DNA of 64,000 nucleotides from Octopus bimaculoides (taxonomy: Eukaryota), in the NCBI RefSeq assembly GCF_001194135.2, contig NC_068982.1, positions 98,718,410 through 98,782,409 of the forward strand, in the 5' to 3' direction. The position numbers and the translations under genes were made by a program. Below the pieces are notes generated by a model, which was given only the letters and a program-made list of their open reading frames with translations, did no database searches and was not told the DNA's origin. Shown here piece after piece: positions 1 to 12,201 of this stretch; positions within the stretch are counted from its first letter, which is position 1, and each line of letters begins with the position of its first letter.

Positions 1-565
1 ATTCACCTCTCATACCTCCTGAGTTTTATGGTTCATATATATGTATATAAGTATATATGTATATATATATATATACATATGCGCGCGCGCGTGTCTGTGT
101 GTCACCTTGATAGGATAGAAAGTCGGTGTATCCCCAACAAAGCAACACTCGACACGAACTTCTGATTACCTTAAATCTTATTACTTTTAATCTTCATATT
201 TAATCTAGGTGTATTGACATCATGGCTCCTTTTCAAAAAACCTTGCTATTTAGTTGATTTAAACATTATCAATAACATTGTCACTTCAAACCTACACCAG
301 TACATGGATGCTTATCTCATATGTTCCTAGTTTGATCATCCGTCTGATAGTAACCGTTTGATATTCCGTACCATATAAGCTCTATCACCATTCCTCATAT
401 ACACATATTCTCAATCCCACACATGCTGCTTTTATCATTTTTTTCTAATATTTTTTTCTGATATCTTTTCTGGCATTTCTCTTATACTTTCCTTTATTTT
501 CTACTATTGTTTATACTTTTCATCTTTGTTCATATTTCTATATTATGGTATTGCTTTATATTTTT

Positions 566-1313
566 GAGAAGTAATGTTTATCGCCACTTCAACATGGCTG
601 TTCCGTACAAACTGACGTTACTACCATTTTAACCCCAGGAGGACACCTCCTCCAGCTGATTACTCGATGCAATCTACACCCAATATATATTGTAAGCAAG
701 GGAGCGAACCCCTACCATCTTCCAGCGACAGGACCACCAGACCGTACAATTTTAACTCATTTGTGCTCATCCACAGTGGTGAATACTCGTCCGCTAGAGA
801 TTGCAGTAGTTCGCTCCAGCTCACAATATACAGAAAAATAAGTGACAAACAGTCAGATTGCATCGAAAAACCAGGTGGGAGAGCTGTTCTCCTGGAGTTA
901 AGACAGTAGTAACGTCGGTTCCTATCGAACAGCCATGTTCAAGTGGCGATAAGCATTTCTTCTCGGTATAGTAACCACTGTCATCTCAAATAGAGATTTT
1001 CAAAGTAACTACTTCGCATGTTGTTATATATACGTGTTTATATATATATATATATATATATATNNNNNNNNNNNNNNNNNNNNNNNNNNNNNNNNNNNNN
1101 NNNNNNNNNNNNNNNNNNNNNNNNNNNNNNNNNNNNNNNNNNNNNNNNNNNNNNNNNNNNNNNNNNNNNNNNNNNNNNNNNNNNNNNNNNNNNNNNNNNN
1201 NNNNNNNNNNNNNNNNNNNNNNNNNNNNNNNNNNNNNNNNNNNNNNNNNNNNNNNNNNNNNNNNNNNNNNNNNNNNNNNNNNNNNNNNNNNNNNNNNNNN
1301 NNNNNNNNNNNNN

Positions 1314-1368
<55 letters not shown>

Positions 1369-1775
1369 CTTGTTGAAGTGGCAATGAACATTATTTCTCA
1401 GTATAGTCATTACTATCATCTCTTATAGAGATTTTCAGACTAGGTTCTTTACTTGTTGCAGGATCAGTGACTGGTCGTCTCTTATTTTTCTATATATTGC
1501 GAGTTGGAGCGAACTACTGCTATCTCTAGCGGACGGGTATCCACCACCGAAGATGGGCGCAAATAGCTCGAAACCGTGCGGTCCGTTGGTCTCGTCACCG
1601 GAAGATGGTAGGGAGTTCGCTCCCTTGCTTGCAATATATATCGGATGCAGATTGCACGAGTAACCAGCTGGACGAGGTGCCCTGCTGGGGTTAAAAACGG
1701 TCGTATCGTCGGTTCCTACGGAACACCCATTACTTCTCAACACAGTTACTGTTTTCATCTCTTATAGAGAAATTC
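566..1775. mobile_element. Penelope-like pseudo-LTR repeat cluster: two inverted copies of a ~250-bp unit plus shorter direct and inverted modules
   Basis: About 620-860 is the reverse complement of about 1460-1700 (diverged). 566-603 and 927-964 are 38-bp inverted repeats (35/38). A module near 935-1005 recurs at 1370-1440 and partly at 1710-1775. The unit carries a hammerhead-like core, which is typical of Penelope-like elements. Confidence 0.55.
1541..1589 (+). ncRNA. Degenerate type I hammerhead ribozyme motif (second decayed copy at 733-782, minus strand)
   Basis: ccacca-CCGAAGA-t-gggc-gcaaata-gctc-GAAA-ccg-tg-cgg-TC-cgttgg. The other copy has CTG in the core and an intact tcacca/tggtgg stem I. 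The consensus of the two copies gives all core elements and a GUC cleavage triplet. Confidence 0.6.
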
Positions 1776-1879
1776 TAACCAGCTAATTTATATTTTTTAT
1801 ATTTTATATCCAACATTGGGATACTTATGTCTTCCTATATATTTTCATATGTATAGTTCTATATTTTTCAATCTTTTAT

Positions 1880-2040
1880 GTTTATATGCTTTTAAACCCT
1901 GAGGCGTTGTCTCTACATTTGGTATATCCATATTTCCTATATTCTACGGCGTTTATGTTGCAGTTTTTATATGATCCTCTTATATTTAATATCTTTAGTT
2001 GATTTATGGAACAGTAGATGTCGAGACACATAAAGCTGTA
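1880..2040 (-). pseudogene. Possible highly decayed GIY-YIG endonuclease C-terminal remnant of a Penelope-like element
   Basis: Stop-riddled frame HLLFHKSTKDIKYKRII*KLQHKRRRI*EIWIY loosely resembles the KRxIxEAIYI motif; similarity is weak and judged by eye, supported mainly by adjacency to the pLTR cluster. Confidence 0.25.
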
Positions 2041-2175
2041 AATAATAGCATTTAGGAATAGAGTTGAAAAACTTCATTTCGATAGAAAAAATCAAAGGCT
2101 GTCCAAAAGACTTTGTCCATCCAAAAAGCTTTTTCAACACAATATTTACATGCTATTATTTGTAGCTTTGTGAAA

Positions 2176-2510
2176 GTGCATGGCTCAGTGGTTAGAGCGT
2201 CTTGCTCACAATCATGAGGTAATGAGGTCGATTCCAGGACCGGGCTGTGTGTTGCGTTCTCGATCAAGATGCTTTATTTCATGTTGCTCCAAGTAACTCA
2301 CCTGTAGAAATGAGTTTGTATGTCAGTAGATCCAAGCGGTATCAGTCTTTGCCTTTCCTTTGGATAACATCGGTAGCGTGAAGAGGGGAAGCCGGTATGC
2401 ATGAGCGACTGCTAATCTTCCATAAACAACTTTGCCCAGACTTGTGCCTCGGAGAGGAACTTTCTAAGTGCAATCCCATGGTCATTCATGACCGAAGGAG
2501 GTCTTTACCC
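2176..2510 (+). mobile_element. tRNA-derived SINE, family A
   Basis: A box (tggctcagtggttagagc) and B-box-like head; whole ~330-bp body repeated at 22875-23200. Confidence 0.85.
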
Positions 2511-3051
2511 TTTATTTGTAGCTTTATATACTTCGAGATCAACAATTCCTAAAAAGAATTTTTTCACTTTCCCTCGGAAGTTTATAAAGTTTTTAAGACG
2601 TCAGCAATATTAAGTTATATTGTTTTATAACTTCTATAGTTGCCATCTCATATTTTAATTTCCTTGATCTTCTATATGTTCATCTGAGTTGCGTCGAAAC
2701 GGATATTTACTCTTCTAATTCTGATATAAAACCCACCCTTTGCTTGGAAGTTTGGTATCGGTGGTTTTCACAATCCTTGAAGATTTCTCACAGTCCTTTT
2801 CTCAGTTTACAAACCATAAGTTTTTGGTTTTAACCCTAACAATGAAACTATATTTAGTTATCTTTCACAGTAAGGTTTCTTTCTCAATACTCGAGGATAG
2901 ATTATCCAATTTTTCCTTTACTTCTTCATTTATCTTTTATTTGTTTCGATCATTAGACTGCGGTCATGCTGGGGCAACACGTTGAAGAACTTCTACTCAA
3001 ACGAATTGACCCCAGTAGTTACTTTTTAAATCCTCGGACTTATTCTATCAG

Positions 3052-3345
3052 TATCTATTGCCGAACCGCTAAGTTACGGAGACGTAAACAAAACAACACT
3101 GGTTGTCAAGCGGTGGTGAGAAATAAACACAAATACACAGACACATACACACAGACATGCACACACATGTGTGTGTGTGTTTATACACGACGGGCTTCTT
3201 TCAGCTTCCGTCTACCAAATCCACTCAAGGTTTTTGATCGGCCCGGTGTTGCAGTAGAAGACACTTACCCAAGGTGCCACACAGTGGGACTGAAACCGGA
3301 ATCATGTTGTTGGGAAGCCAGCTTCTTACCACACCGCCACGCCTG
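3052..3345 (-). mobile_element. tRNA-derived SINE, family B
   Basis: Minus-strand head gtggcggtgtggtaagaagc...ggtttcagtcccactgtgtggcacc; homologous segments at 11594-11790, 16403-16560, 53745-54092 and 58680-58980. Confidence 0.85.
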
Positions 3346-3484
3346 CGCCTATATTATTTCTTCTTTTTTTAGTTCTTTCATCCTCCTGACTAGAGGCCAT
3401 AGTAGGAGATATTCAAGGTTCCACGCAACGAAGTGCACCCTAAGCCATGTGGTTGGAGACCAAACTTCTTAACATACAGCTATA

Positions 3485-3535
<51 letters not shown>

Positions 3536-3684
3536 NNNNNNNNNNNNNNNNNNNNNNNNNNNNNNNNNNNNNNNCGCTGTCTGGGCCGGTTTCTCGAACG
3601 GGACCGTGAAAAAGAAAAAGAAGAGCGATCTCTAAAGAGGCGCGAAACCTGTCGAGTGAGTTCCTGGATCGCTTTAAAGATCCC

Positions 3685-4233
3685 CTAAGATTGTTTATCC
3701 ACCTTGATGGAAGACGTTTTAGAGAGGGCACCGACGATGATATTATCCAGAGAGAAGTTTTTTGAGAACTCAAGAATCCTGTCTGCCGTGGTGGCCAGTT
3801 GGTCAATAGGAGTGGTGTCCATCAGATGCACCAGTGCCGACTGGATGCTGGGCGGCATACGAGAGAAAAAAAGTTGTTTAACGAAGGCTTGACCCTCGTA
3901 AGAGTCGTTTGCAAGCTCTAATAGCCGTCTCAAAAACTCAGTTGGTTTCCTGTCTCCCAAATATTCATCCTGCAGCAATGAGCAAAACTTGCTCTCAGCA
4001 GACGGAGAGTTTCTGCGTAGCACCTCAGATGTGAACTCCTCATAAGACATTCTATCCGGTGTATCTGTCAGCAAATCTCTGACAGACGAAACGAGTGGGG
4101 ACGGTATGCTGGACAATGCGATATGCAGTTTGGCCAGTGGCTGGCGAGTGCTGATAGCAATAAAGTAGGATTCCAGTTGCGAAAACCACATTTTCGCTTC
4201 CCCATGGAATTGATGGAGCGGAAAATTACTCAT
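3685..4233 (-). mobile_element. Ty3/Gypsy-type gag ORF (truncated LTR retrotransposon; no pol in window)
   Basis: MSNF...WFSQLESYF...VRDLL...YLGDRKPTEFLRRL...KQLFFSRMP...LATTADRILE matches the known Gypsy gag pattern (WFxQxExxF, LGDRKPSxxLR, LFLQRLP, LAxxAD). An RSRSR-like stretch continues in a shifted frame to the N gap at 3536-3574. Confidence 0.85.
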
Positions 4234-4446
4234 TTTATAAAAGCAGAAAAACCGTTGAGAAGAAAGAAATGTCGAGGAACGCCAAAACGAATTGGAGAAG
4301 GTAAGATGGCAAAGCTTGAACGCGAAAAAGAAAAACATTTTTAGACGTCGCTCGTTTAGAACAGTTAACGGTTCTTCTCGTCTGTTTTTCTTTTCATTTG
4401 CTGTAAACTTGTAAACTTGTAAAATGTAAACTTGTCTATTCGTTTC

Positions 4447-4458
4447 TCGGGGTCACCA
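4447..4458 (-). promoter_or_regulatory. Primer-binding site complementary to the tRNA-Trp 3' end
   Basis: Minus strand TGGTGACCCCGA is the complement of UCGGGGUCACCA (eukaryotic tRNA-Trp 3' end); lies between the LTR and gag. Confidence 0.8.
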
Positions 4459-4459
4459 T

Positions 4460-4835
4460 TTTTAGAAATGTTTGCTCCTAACAAAGAAAGCTGAAAAGTT
4501 GAAGGCAGACATTCTCCAAATACAAGAATAAAAAGACGATCAGAATTTGCAGATTAGACCGTAAGTCGTTTTAATTTTGATACTGCATGCAAATTACAGT
4601 ATTTATATAGAAAGAGATAAAGCAGTTTCTGTGCGTTCGTATTCATATACAAGAGGTGATTATGTTTGATCGTTACATCGCATGGAATCGCAGCAGGAAG
4701 AAAAATCGTCTAATCACTTTGGTTGTTTCGTCCAAAAGCTATAGATTTAATTTTCCCACAATGCAACACCACGACGTGCGCCATCCAATGGCCAATGGAT
4801 GAGACAACTGGTTTCAAGGGAGGTAACTGTCTACA
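4460..4835 (-). mobile_element. 5' LTR of the Gypsy element (~375 bp)
   Basis: Begins TGTAG on the minus strand at 4835, contains a TATA-like ctatataaata, and ends just before the PBS (terminal CA decayed); no partner LTR seen. Confidence 0.6.
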
Positions 4836-6984
4836 TATGTTTGTAATGATGGTCATGTCACGTGGCTGAAGCTAACTTTCCAAGATCTGTAACCACTCAT
4901 ATTAGATGTTTATTCACTAACCTAGGTTTCATCATTTCCACACTTAATAAATCATGTTGTTGATAATATTTTGCCCTCTTCTTCTTCGGTCGCGCTGCTT
5001 TCGTGGCTTCCCATGACTTTCTATTGCCGTCCAATTCCATTATTATGAATTTGAATTGGGAACATGAATCTTTCAGTAGCTGACTACACAACCATAGACG
5101 TTGTCCTTGTGGATGCGTTGCAGTTACTCTCTTGATAAAGCTTGGTGATCCTGACCATTGATCTTCTTGGATTCCTCTGCTCAGCATCAATGTAAGAAGC
5201 ACTGTTGGCTCAGTTGAGCTCTTCTGTTACCTCTCCACAATCTGCCATGCTGCAGTCCCACGACTTCGCTGTATCCCTGGCAGGGTGGCTGAACGAGTGC
5301 AATACCTTGCCAATGGGCAACCCTTAACTACGCAGAGCACAGTCTTCACTCCGTCAGGTACTTTCGAAATACCTGCATACCCATGTCTCACTCTACAATA
5401 GCCCAAACCTATCAGGCTTGTGACTAAAAGCATTCTACCTAAACACTATCCCTAGAACCTGGAGCTAGGCTCGATTTGTTTTAACACATAAAGAGAATTT
5501 TTCACCGAGACAAAATCCCCCGTGTTAACGACAAACATACACATTTTAATTTCATGCGCTTTTTGCCTGTGGTAGCATGTGCTTTGAGAACGACCTGTAA
5601 CTTATTTCTAGCAGATCAAAGAACCACGTAAAAGTCCCTCATTGGCTTATGACTACATTCTGTAGGAACTTAAGAAAGGTAACCGAAAGAATATCTATTA
5701 ATCCATTCCTTACCAATAATTATTATTTTTAGCTAAACAGTTTGAAACTTCGTATTCTCGTGTAATTTCTCATGCTGAACACGGTTTACTTTCAGCATTT
5801 TTGACAAAATTTCGTATTTTAGAAGATATTTCGTGTTGAAGTTGTCGTATTTGGGTAATTTTAACCAATCAACGACATGTATTCAGCTGAAGAAAGTCAC
5901 TGCTGCTTGGATCATCTCTACTAAATGTCACCACTCTGTCCTATTTTATCTTTGTTTACTGCCTGTGTTGCATATTACACGCTTTGTTTTTTTTTTGTTG
6001 TTGTTTTTGTTCTTGTTTGTTTGTTTGTTTTTTTGTTTGTTTGTTTTTTTTGTTTTGTTTTTTTGCAAGGAAGTGTTTTCCTACAAAATGAAACCACCGA
6101 AGAACTAAAGTAAAATAGCACTACTATCAAATATTTTAATTACATTCCTAACTGATCGACACACACACACACACACACATACAAACGCAAACACACGCAT
6201 ACAGGTTCATGCAGACAGAGACACACACACAAACATACACATACACACATAAACATATACACGCACACATAGGCATATATGCATACACACACACCCACAC
6301 ACATACACACAAATTTATATTTGTTTAAAATGAATATGCAAATTCTTGATCTATTTAAATATTGCAATATTTGTGTTTATTGATTTTTCAATGTGACAGC
6401 GAAATGTTTTAGTTTTATTAACACTAAGTACTTATCAGAGCACTTTTAGTAAACTCCCTGATATCTGACTAAATTAATAGTGCATCATCAGCTCGGTTAA
6501 ATTCGCTGGTTACAATCTAACAAATATATTATTCGAAAGGTTTCATTAACTTAATCAAATCGGACAGTTTACCATATCTTACAAATTCACAGTTTTCAAT
6601 ATCTGACAACCTTAATTAATGTTCCCAACATAATGATTAAATTTGCAAAATAACGAAGCAATCTTCAAAATGTGACGTGACGAAACGTAAAATTATATCA
6701 CGGTAAATTGAAATGTTCTATTATCAAATTCTGAGATAATTTTACACTGTCCAGGTTTGACATGATCGCCGCAGTCATCTGTATATGTGTTCGTGTCCGT
6801 TATATGAAAGCCGGAAGTTCGCTGTTGACAACGTTGTACTTTAACAACTATTTTTATCTGTCGTCTGTTTTAACATCACCATTTGGCTCTTAGACGCATT
6901 TATCGGAGTCTAATCTCTCGTAAATATTCGGGCCGAATCGCTGGTTTGTGAATAACTTCTTTCCACCACTCACTGAGGCCCTGA

Positions 6985-7172
6985 AACAAGTTATGTTAAC
7001 TGCCCATTCTACTAATGACGGACCATTATAAAAGTTTATTTTATCCACCCCTAGAAGAATAAGAGGCAAAATTAACCTCGGCGGGATTTGAACTCAGAAT
7101 GTAAAGCGTCGGAGGAAATTCTTCTAAGCATTTCATCCAGCACGTTAACGATTCTGCTAGCTCGCCGCCCTA
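6985..7172 (-). mobile_element. SINE family C (gagctggcagaatcgttagcac...ttctgagttcaaattccgccgaggtcgactttgcctttcatcc)
   Basis: Same motif block recurs at 7270-7480(+), 8592-8785(+), 17150-17350(-), 26330-26480(-), 28010-28130(-), 39420-39530(-), 40050-40190(-), 46455-46550(-) and 55480-55930. Confidence 0.85.
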
Positions 7173-7269
7173 AACTTGGCTGAAAAATTACAGCAAAAAT
7201 ACCATTAAAGTCATGATATTTAATACATCATATATGATAGTCATTCGTCTCAATATTGTATACTTTCTA

Positions 7270-7480
7270 AGGCGACGAGCTGGCAGAACTGTTAGCACGC
7301 TGGACAAAATGCAGTTTTTCGTCCGTCTTAACGTTCTGAGTTCAAATTCCGGCGAGGTCGACTTTGCCTTTCATCCTTTCGTAGTCGATACAATAAATAC
7401 CAGTTGAGCACTGGGGTCGATATAATTGACGTACCTCATCCCTAGAAATTGCTAACTTTATACCGAAATTTGAAACCAAT
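7270..7480 (+). mobile_element. SINE family C copy, head-to-head with the copy at 6985-7172
   Basis: ggcgacgagctggcagaactgttagcacg...aataccagttgagcactggggtcgat. Confidence 0.85.
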
Positions 7481-7599
7481 ATTATGTTTTCTACGCTGAT
7501 AAACTTTCGTTGGTAAGATGGAAAATATTGATGTCTTTATGACTGGAAGTTTAATCGAAATAGTAATGGTTTAGTCTATGAAGAAGAATCAAAAATAAC

Positions 7600-8010
7600 C
7601 TGTCTCACAACCTCAGGGCCAGCTTAAGGCCGATGAGATCGAGGACACCACTGAACGAATACACTCCAACTTTTCAAGATCACAGACATGTTGTCTCCTC
7701 ATTCTGCCTTTTCTGCTTCTCCAACAATGGTTTCTGACCCTCAGATTTGACTGGTCTTGAGATACTTCCACTCAATCCCACTCAAGTCCTTCGTTTTTCT
7801 CCCCCATCCCCACCCCATTCGTCACATGTAGAGTGTCTTTCCTCGAAGCCACGCCCCCACTAATTTCAATCCTTCTTTCCCAGAATTCCTCATTCTGAAA
7901 TTCCTTTCCTGTTAATGATTTCTCTGCAGTCATTAATTTCAAGTTATTCAAGAACAACAATTGCATCGTCCTCGAAGGATTTGCAAAGGCCTTGGGCATG
8001 GCCTCACTTT
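7600..8010 (+). mobile_element. CR1/Jockey-type LINE 3' fragment (decayed)
   Basis: Frameshifted motifs HRHVVSSFCLF and SFFPR...NSFPVNDF...FKLFKNN resemble the CR1 ORF2 C-terminus. Confidence 0.55.
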
Positions 8011-9900
8011 CCAAACTAAATATTAACAATGAAACGTACGAAATGTTTATTCAGGTGATACATTTTAAAAACATAGAAGACACACATTCACTGAATCAAA
8101 GGTAAACGTTTATATAGTATTTATAAATAAGTTTTTCATGACTTTATTAGTGACTTGACCTTAGCTAATAGCACGCCATTGATGAACTCATACTAGTAAC
8201 ACAGTTCACTTCTAAATTGAAACTCAAATATATACTTCGTGGTTTGTTTTACTGTCTTTTATCGACATGTACGTCAATCTGAACGAAAATTATTTTCAAA
8301 TGTTTACAACTATTTTCATTTAAACGATCATAATAAATATGACTCAAAGTTATAAATTTTTATTAAGTAACAACAAAAAGAAGAAAAAAATACAAATGAC
8401 TGAATGTTGTAATCAATTTTTACTCATACTCGCTTGAAGATCCTTCTTGCAGTCGACTTTCTATATCGGAGCAGCCTGACCTAGATGAAAGACTTGGTGT
8501 AACTAGTGTTACTCGTTGCGTGACGGGTAATTTTGGAACTATACTTTTGTCACAATAACTATTATCATACAATAATTATAATTTAATCTAAGGCCGTGAG
8601 CTGGCAGAATCGTTAGCACGCTGCGCAAAATACTTTCGTCCGTATTTTCGTTCTGAGCTCAAATTCCGCCGAGGTCCACATAGGCTATTGGGGTCGACAA
8701 AATACGTACCAGTTGAGCACTGGTGTCAATGTAATCGACGTGCTGTCTCCTTTGAAATTCCTGGCTTTGTGCCAAAATTTGAAATCAGTAATTGTGTTAA
8801 ACTCTCTCTCTCTCTCCTTTTCTTCTCGTCTTCCCTTCGCACACGCGCGCGCGCATACATTCGTCGACATACTAGCTCACGGGAGGAGAAGCATCAGAGA
8901 GCTCAAAATTCCATAATTTGAATAACAATATATTTATTTCTTAGAAAGACACAAGCTCACAAGTTTGAGAGTGAAGTATCGTTCTTTGAAATAATCCTAA
9001 TATATTACTGGTACTTCATTTATCGATCATGAATGAGTGGGAGGCAGTGTGTACCCCAACGTATCTTGAACACAAAAACATTGGAATTTGCGTATTTGAA
9101 TTTCTGCCACGCTGTCACCCAATACAATAAGTAGGTGGTCCGTAGACTTGTTGGAAATAACAATCAACGCCTTGAAACTAACCTTAAAAAGAAAGGACAC
9201 ATTAGAAAATGTAGTCTTAGTTACATATATTTGAAAGAAAAAAAAACAAGATGGTCGTAGACGGAATGTATTTTGTCATAGTTCTGCTCGAGTCTGACTG
9301 TCCTAACAAAAACAGTATAAATACACCTTCCCCGCCCTGTCTCCTTCCCTCTCCATCCTCTCTTTTTCTCCCTCTCTACTCTCCCTCCTTGTACACACAC
9401 GCACACACATACACCCCTACACACACATACACACAATATCATACGGTTTCCCGTGTGTTATTTGTTCACAGACAGCTTTATGTTCTCTTTATATCTACCT
9501 TTTATTTTTTTCATTAATATTTTATAACTTTCAGTCACATATATTTAATGACCGTTAAATTAAAATTAAAAAAATCACCATCAAACTTCAATAATATAAC
9601 ACCACTTCCTAGACACTTGTATTAAATATCGCTAAACAGCAATAAAACAATTTCAAGACAAGTAGAATATAGCTTCATTAGTCATTTGTGATGTTCTATA
9701 ATTCTTTTACTGGTTTTAAGTATTCCCCATTAAAGGGCACCGCCTCCAACCAATGGTATTTAGTTGATCATATCGATCTCAATACTTATTTAAGTATTAT
9801 ACTTATTTCATCAATTACTTTTTATTGAACATCTAGGTTAAATTTGATGTCAAGGAACGCATCTCGACTCACCGTTTTCCCATTTCACCTCGGTCTACAC

Positions 9901-10669
9901 CAGAGGTGGGGAAACTTTTCAGTGTGGCGGGCAAAAATTTACAATGAAAAAGGTCCGCGGGCGGATCACAAGTTCTAATTCTTATATCTGTGTAGATCTT
10001 GTATATATCTATGTATAATTCGATAAGTTTAACATTAACCCATTACCTCCCATAATTCTATTAACTGGAATTTTTTTATGAAACTTTGATTTCTAGCATA
10101 AAACAGCCTTAGAAACATGCTGGAATGATCAAAATAACATTTTAAATAGAAATAAGCGAGATATTGGGTGAAAAATTAGCAAACCTCATTTGAATATCAG
10201 AGAAATATACCTAGTAGATATAGCAAAAAGGTTAGATATGTGTAAATATTGACAGATAATTACGAAATTTGTAATTTTTAAGTGATCTTATATGAGATCA
10301 CTGGTAAGTAATGGGTTAAATTAACGCGTAACATCTTCATTAACGCCGCCACTGAATTTAGGATATTTATATTACTTAAGAGGTTTCTATACTTTTCAAC
10401 TAGAGTGTAGTTGGGTCTCAAAATGTGTTTTATAGTAAAAACAAGATTTTCGTTCTAATGGCAATTACCGGACGATTTTCTGTTCCAGTCTAACCGTTTT
10501 GAGTCGTAGTGGAAACGCGACCTATGTCGCAAATAAGCACACGAATAGCGTATAAATTTTATAATTGAAAAATAACTGTTTTGTACATACGAGTATGTCA
10601 GCCTGTGGGCGAAATATAATGGGCTCGCGAGCGCAATTGCGCCCGCGGGTAGGAGTTTCCCCACCCCTG
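9901..10669. mobile_element. Non-autonomous hAT transposon (MITE), 769 bp
   Basis: TIRs CAGAGGTGGGGAAACT / AGTTTCCCCACCCCTG; perfect 8-bp TSD GTCTACAC at 9893-9900 and 10670-10677. Confidence 0.92.
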
Positions 10670-10710
10670 GTCTACACAGACACGCAAACACGAGCGCGTA
10701 CATTCATGCG

Positions 10711-10741
<31 letters not shown>

Positions 10742-10742
<1 letters not shown>

Positions 10743-11040
10743 ATCATCATCATCATTTAGTGTCCGTTCTTCACACTAGCATGGGTTAGACGGTTTGACT
10801 GGGACTGGTAAACCAGAGAGTTGTACCAGGTTCCAGCCTCTACGGCTGGATGCCCTTCCTAACGCCAACCACTCCAAGAGTGCAGTGGGTGCCTTTTATG
10901 TGTCACTAACACTGGCCACGACTACGATTTCGCTTGGTTTGACGTGTCTTCTCAAGCACAGCAAATCACCAAATGTCTCGATCACTTGTCATTGCCTCCA
11001 TGAGACTCAATATCCGATGGTCACATCTCCATACCAGCTT
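10742..11040 (-). mobile_element. SINE/LINE-3'-end family D with RTE-like tail (ggaagggcatccagc ... (GAT)n)
   Basis: ctggatgcccttcctaacgccaaccact block with (CAT)n tail; further copies at 37050-37190(+), 51970-52190(-), 57490-57590(+) and 62270-62460(-). Confidence 0.8.
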
Positions 11041-11798
11041 AGTTTTCTCTCTTGCATGTATACATATTTTAAATTTGATTAGAGAATATGTTAACCTCGT
11101 GAAGGAATTGTTGCATCCCAGGAAATACTGGTTCAATACCTAGTATTTTGGGGGAATGAAATTCCTTTAAAACAATAGATATATATAAAACATATAGTTT
11201 ATATCCATTTAAAAGAAGAAAAGAAAATGGAGATAAGGAAGTTAATAATTGTTTATTATTATTAACAAATTGGTCATCTTCGCTTCTTACAGCTGTTTCA
11301 ATTAATACTCAATAATTTAATTACAAATTTGTACATTAAATTTACATTTATGTGACATGAGTATAATTTCATCAGAGGAAAAAAGATGTACCTTTCGATG
11401 TTATATGGGGACATATCAATTCATTTCGGCAGACTGAAATATATANNNNNNNNNNNNNNNNNNNNNNNNNNNNNNNNNNNNNNNNNNNNNNNNNNNNNNN
11501 NNNNNNNNNNNNNNNNNNNNNNNNNNNNNNNNNNNNNNNNNNNNNNNNNNNNNNNNNNNNNNNNNNNNNNNNNNNNNNNNNNNNNNNNNNNNNTTGCGTC
11601 TCTGTGTTCGCCCCCACCATCGCTTGATAACCGATGTTGGTGTGTTTAAGTCACTGTAACTTAGCGGTTCGGCTCAAGTGAACGATACAATAAGTACGAG
11701 GCTTACAAAGAATAAGTACTGGGGTCGATTTGTTCGATTAAAGGCGATACGCTAGCATGGCCGCAGCCAAATGACTGAAACAAATAAAAAAGAAAGGA

Positions 11799-11869
<71 letters not shown>

Positions 11870-12201
11870 CATGCACGCTTTTTTTTTATTTGTGAATTAA
11901 CAGTGCTATCAATGGTTTATTCATCTGGATAAAATTCGACAATCTTTCATACGTTCTGCTTAAGAATGTTGCTAATTACCTCCATTTTGCATGAGGTAAG
12001 CATGGTGGTTCCACCAAAACTGATGGCATTTTACCACATGAAACCTTTGGTAGCGCTGTTAATTCACAAATTTGTTGGATAAATATTCATTCAACAAATG
12101 CAGTGTTCAGCACTCATTTTCATTACTCAATACTGTCGTGTATATATATATGCATGCATACATACATGCACACACACACACACATACACACACACACAGA
12201 G

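Noticed and set aside
986-1428. Long YIYI/CVCV/HTHT/RERE/LSLS ORFs here and at 3447-3806, 27512-27935, 39538-40074, 40998-42481 and 52687-53303
   Set aside because: Translations of dinucleotide microsatellites and N gaps; not coding.
2176-2260. tRNA-like heads at 2176, 3345, 22875 and 57163
   Set aside because: They have A/B boxes but no complete cloverleaf acceptor stem, and each continues into a repeated SINE body; not tRNA genes.
4817-4830. Motif aagggaggtaact shared by the LTR end and 51164-51178
   Set aside because: Only about 13 bp and the flanks do not align; not a partner LTR.
4897-5433. Two adjacent minus-strand ORFs in the same frame (101 and 68 aa)
   Set aside because: No recognisable motif or splice structure; probably decayed repeat sequence.
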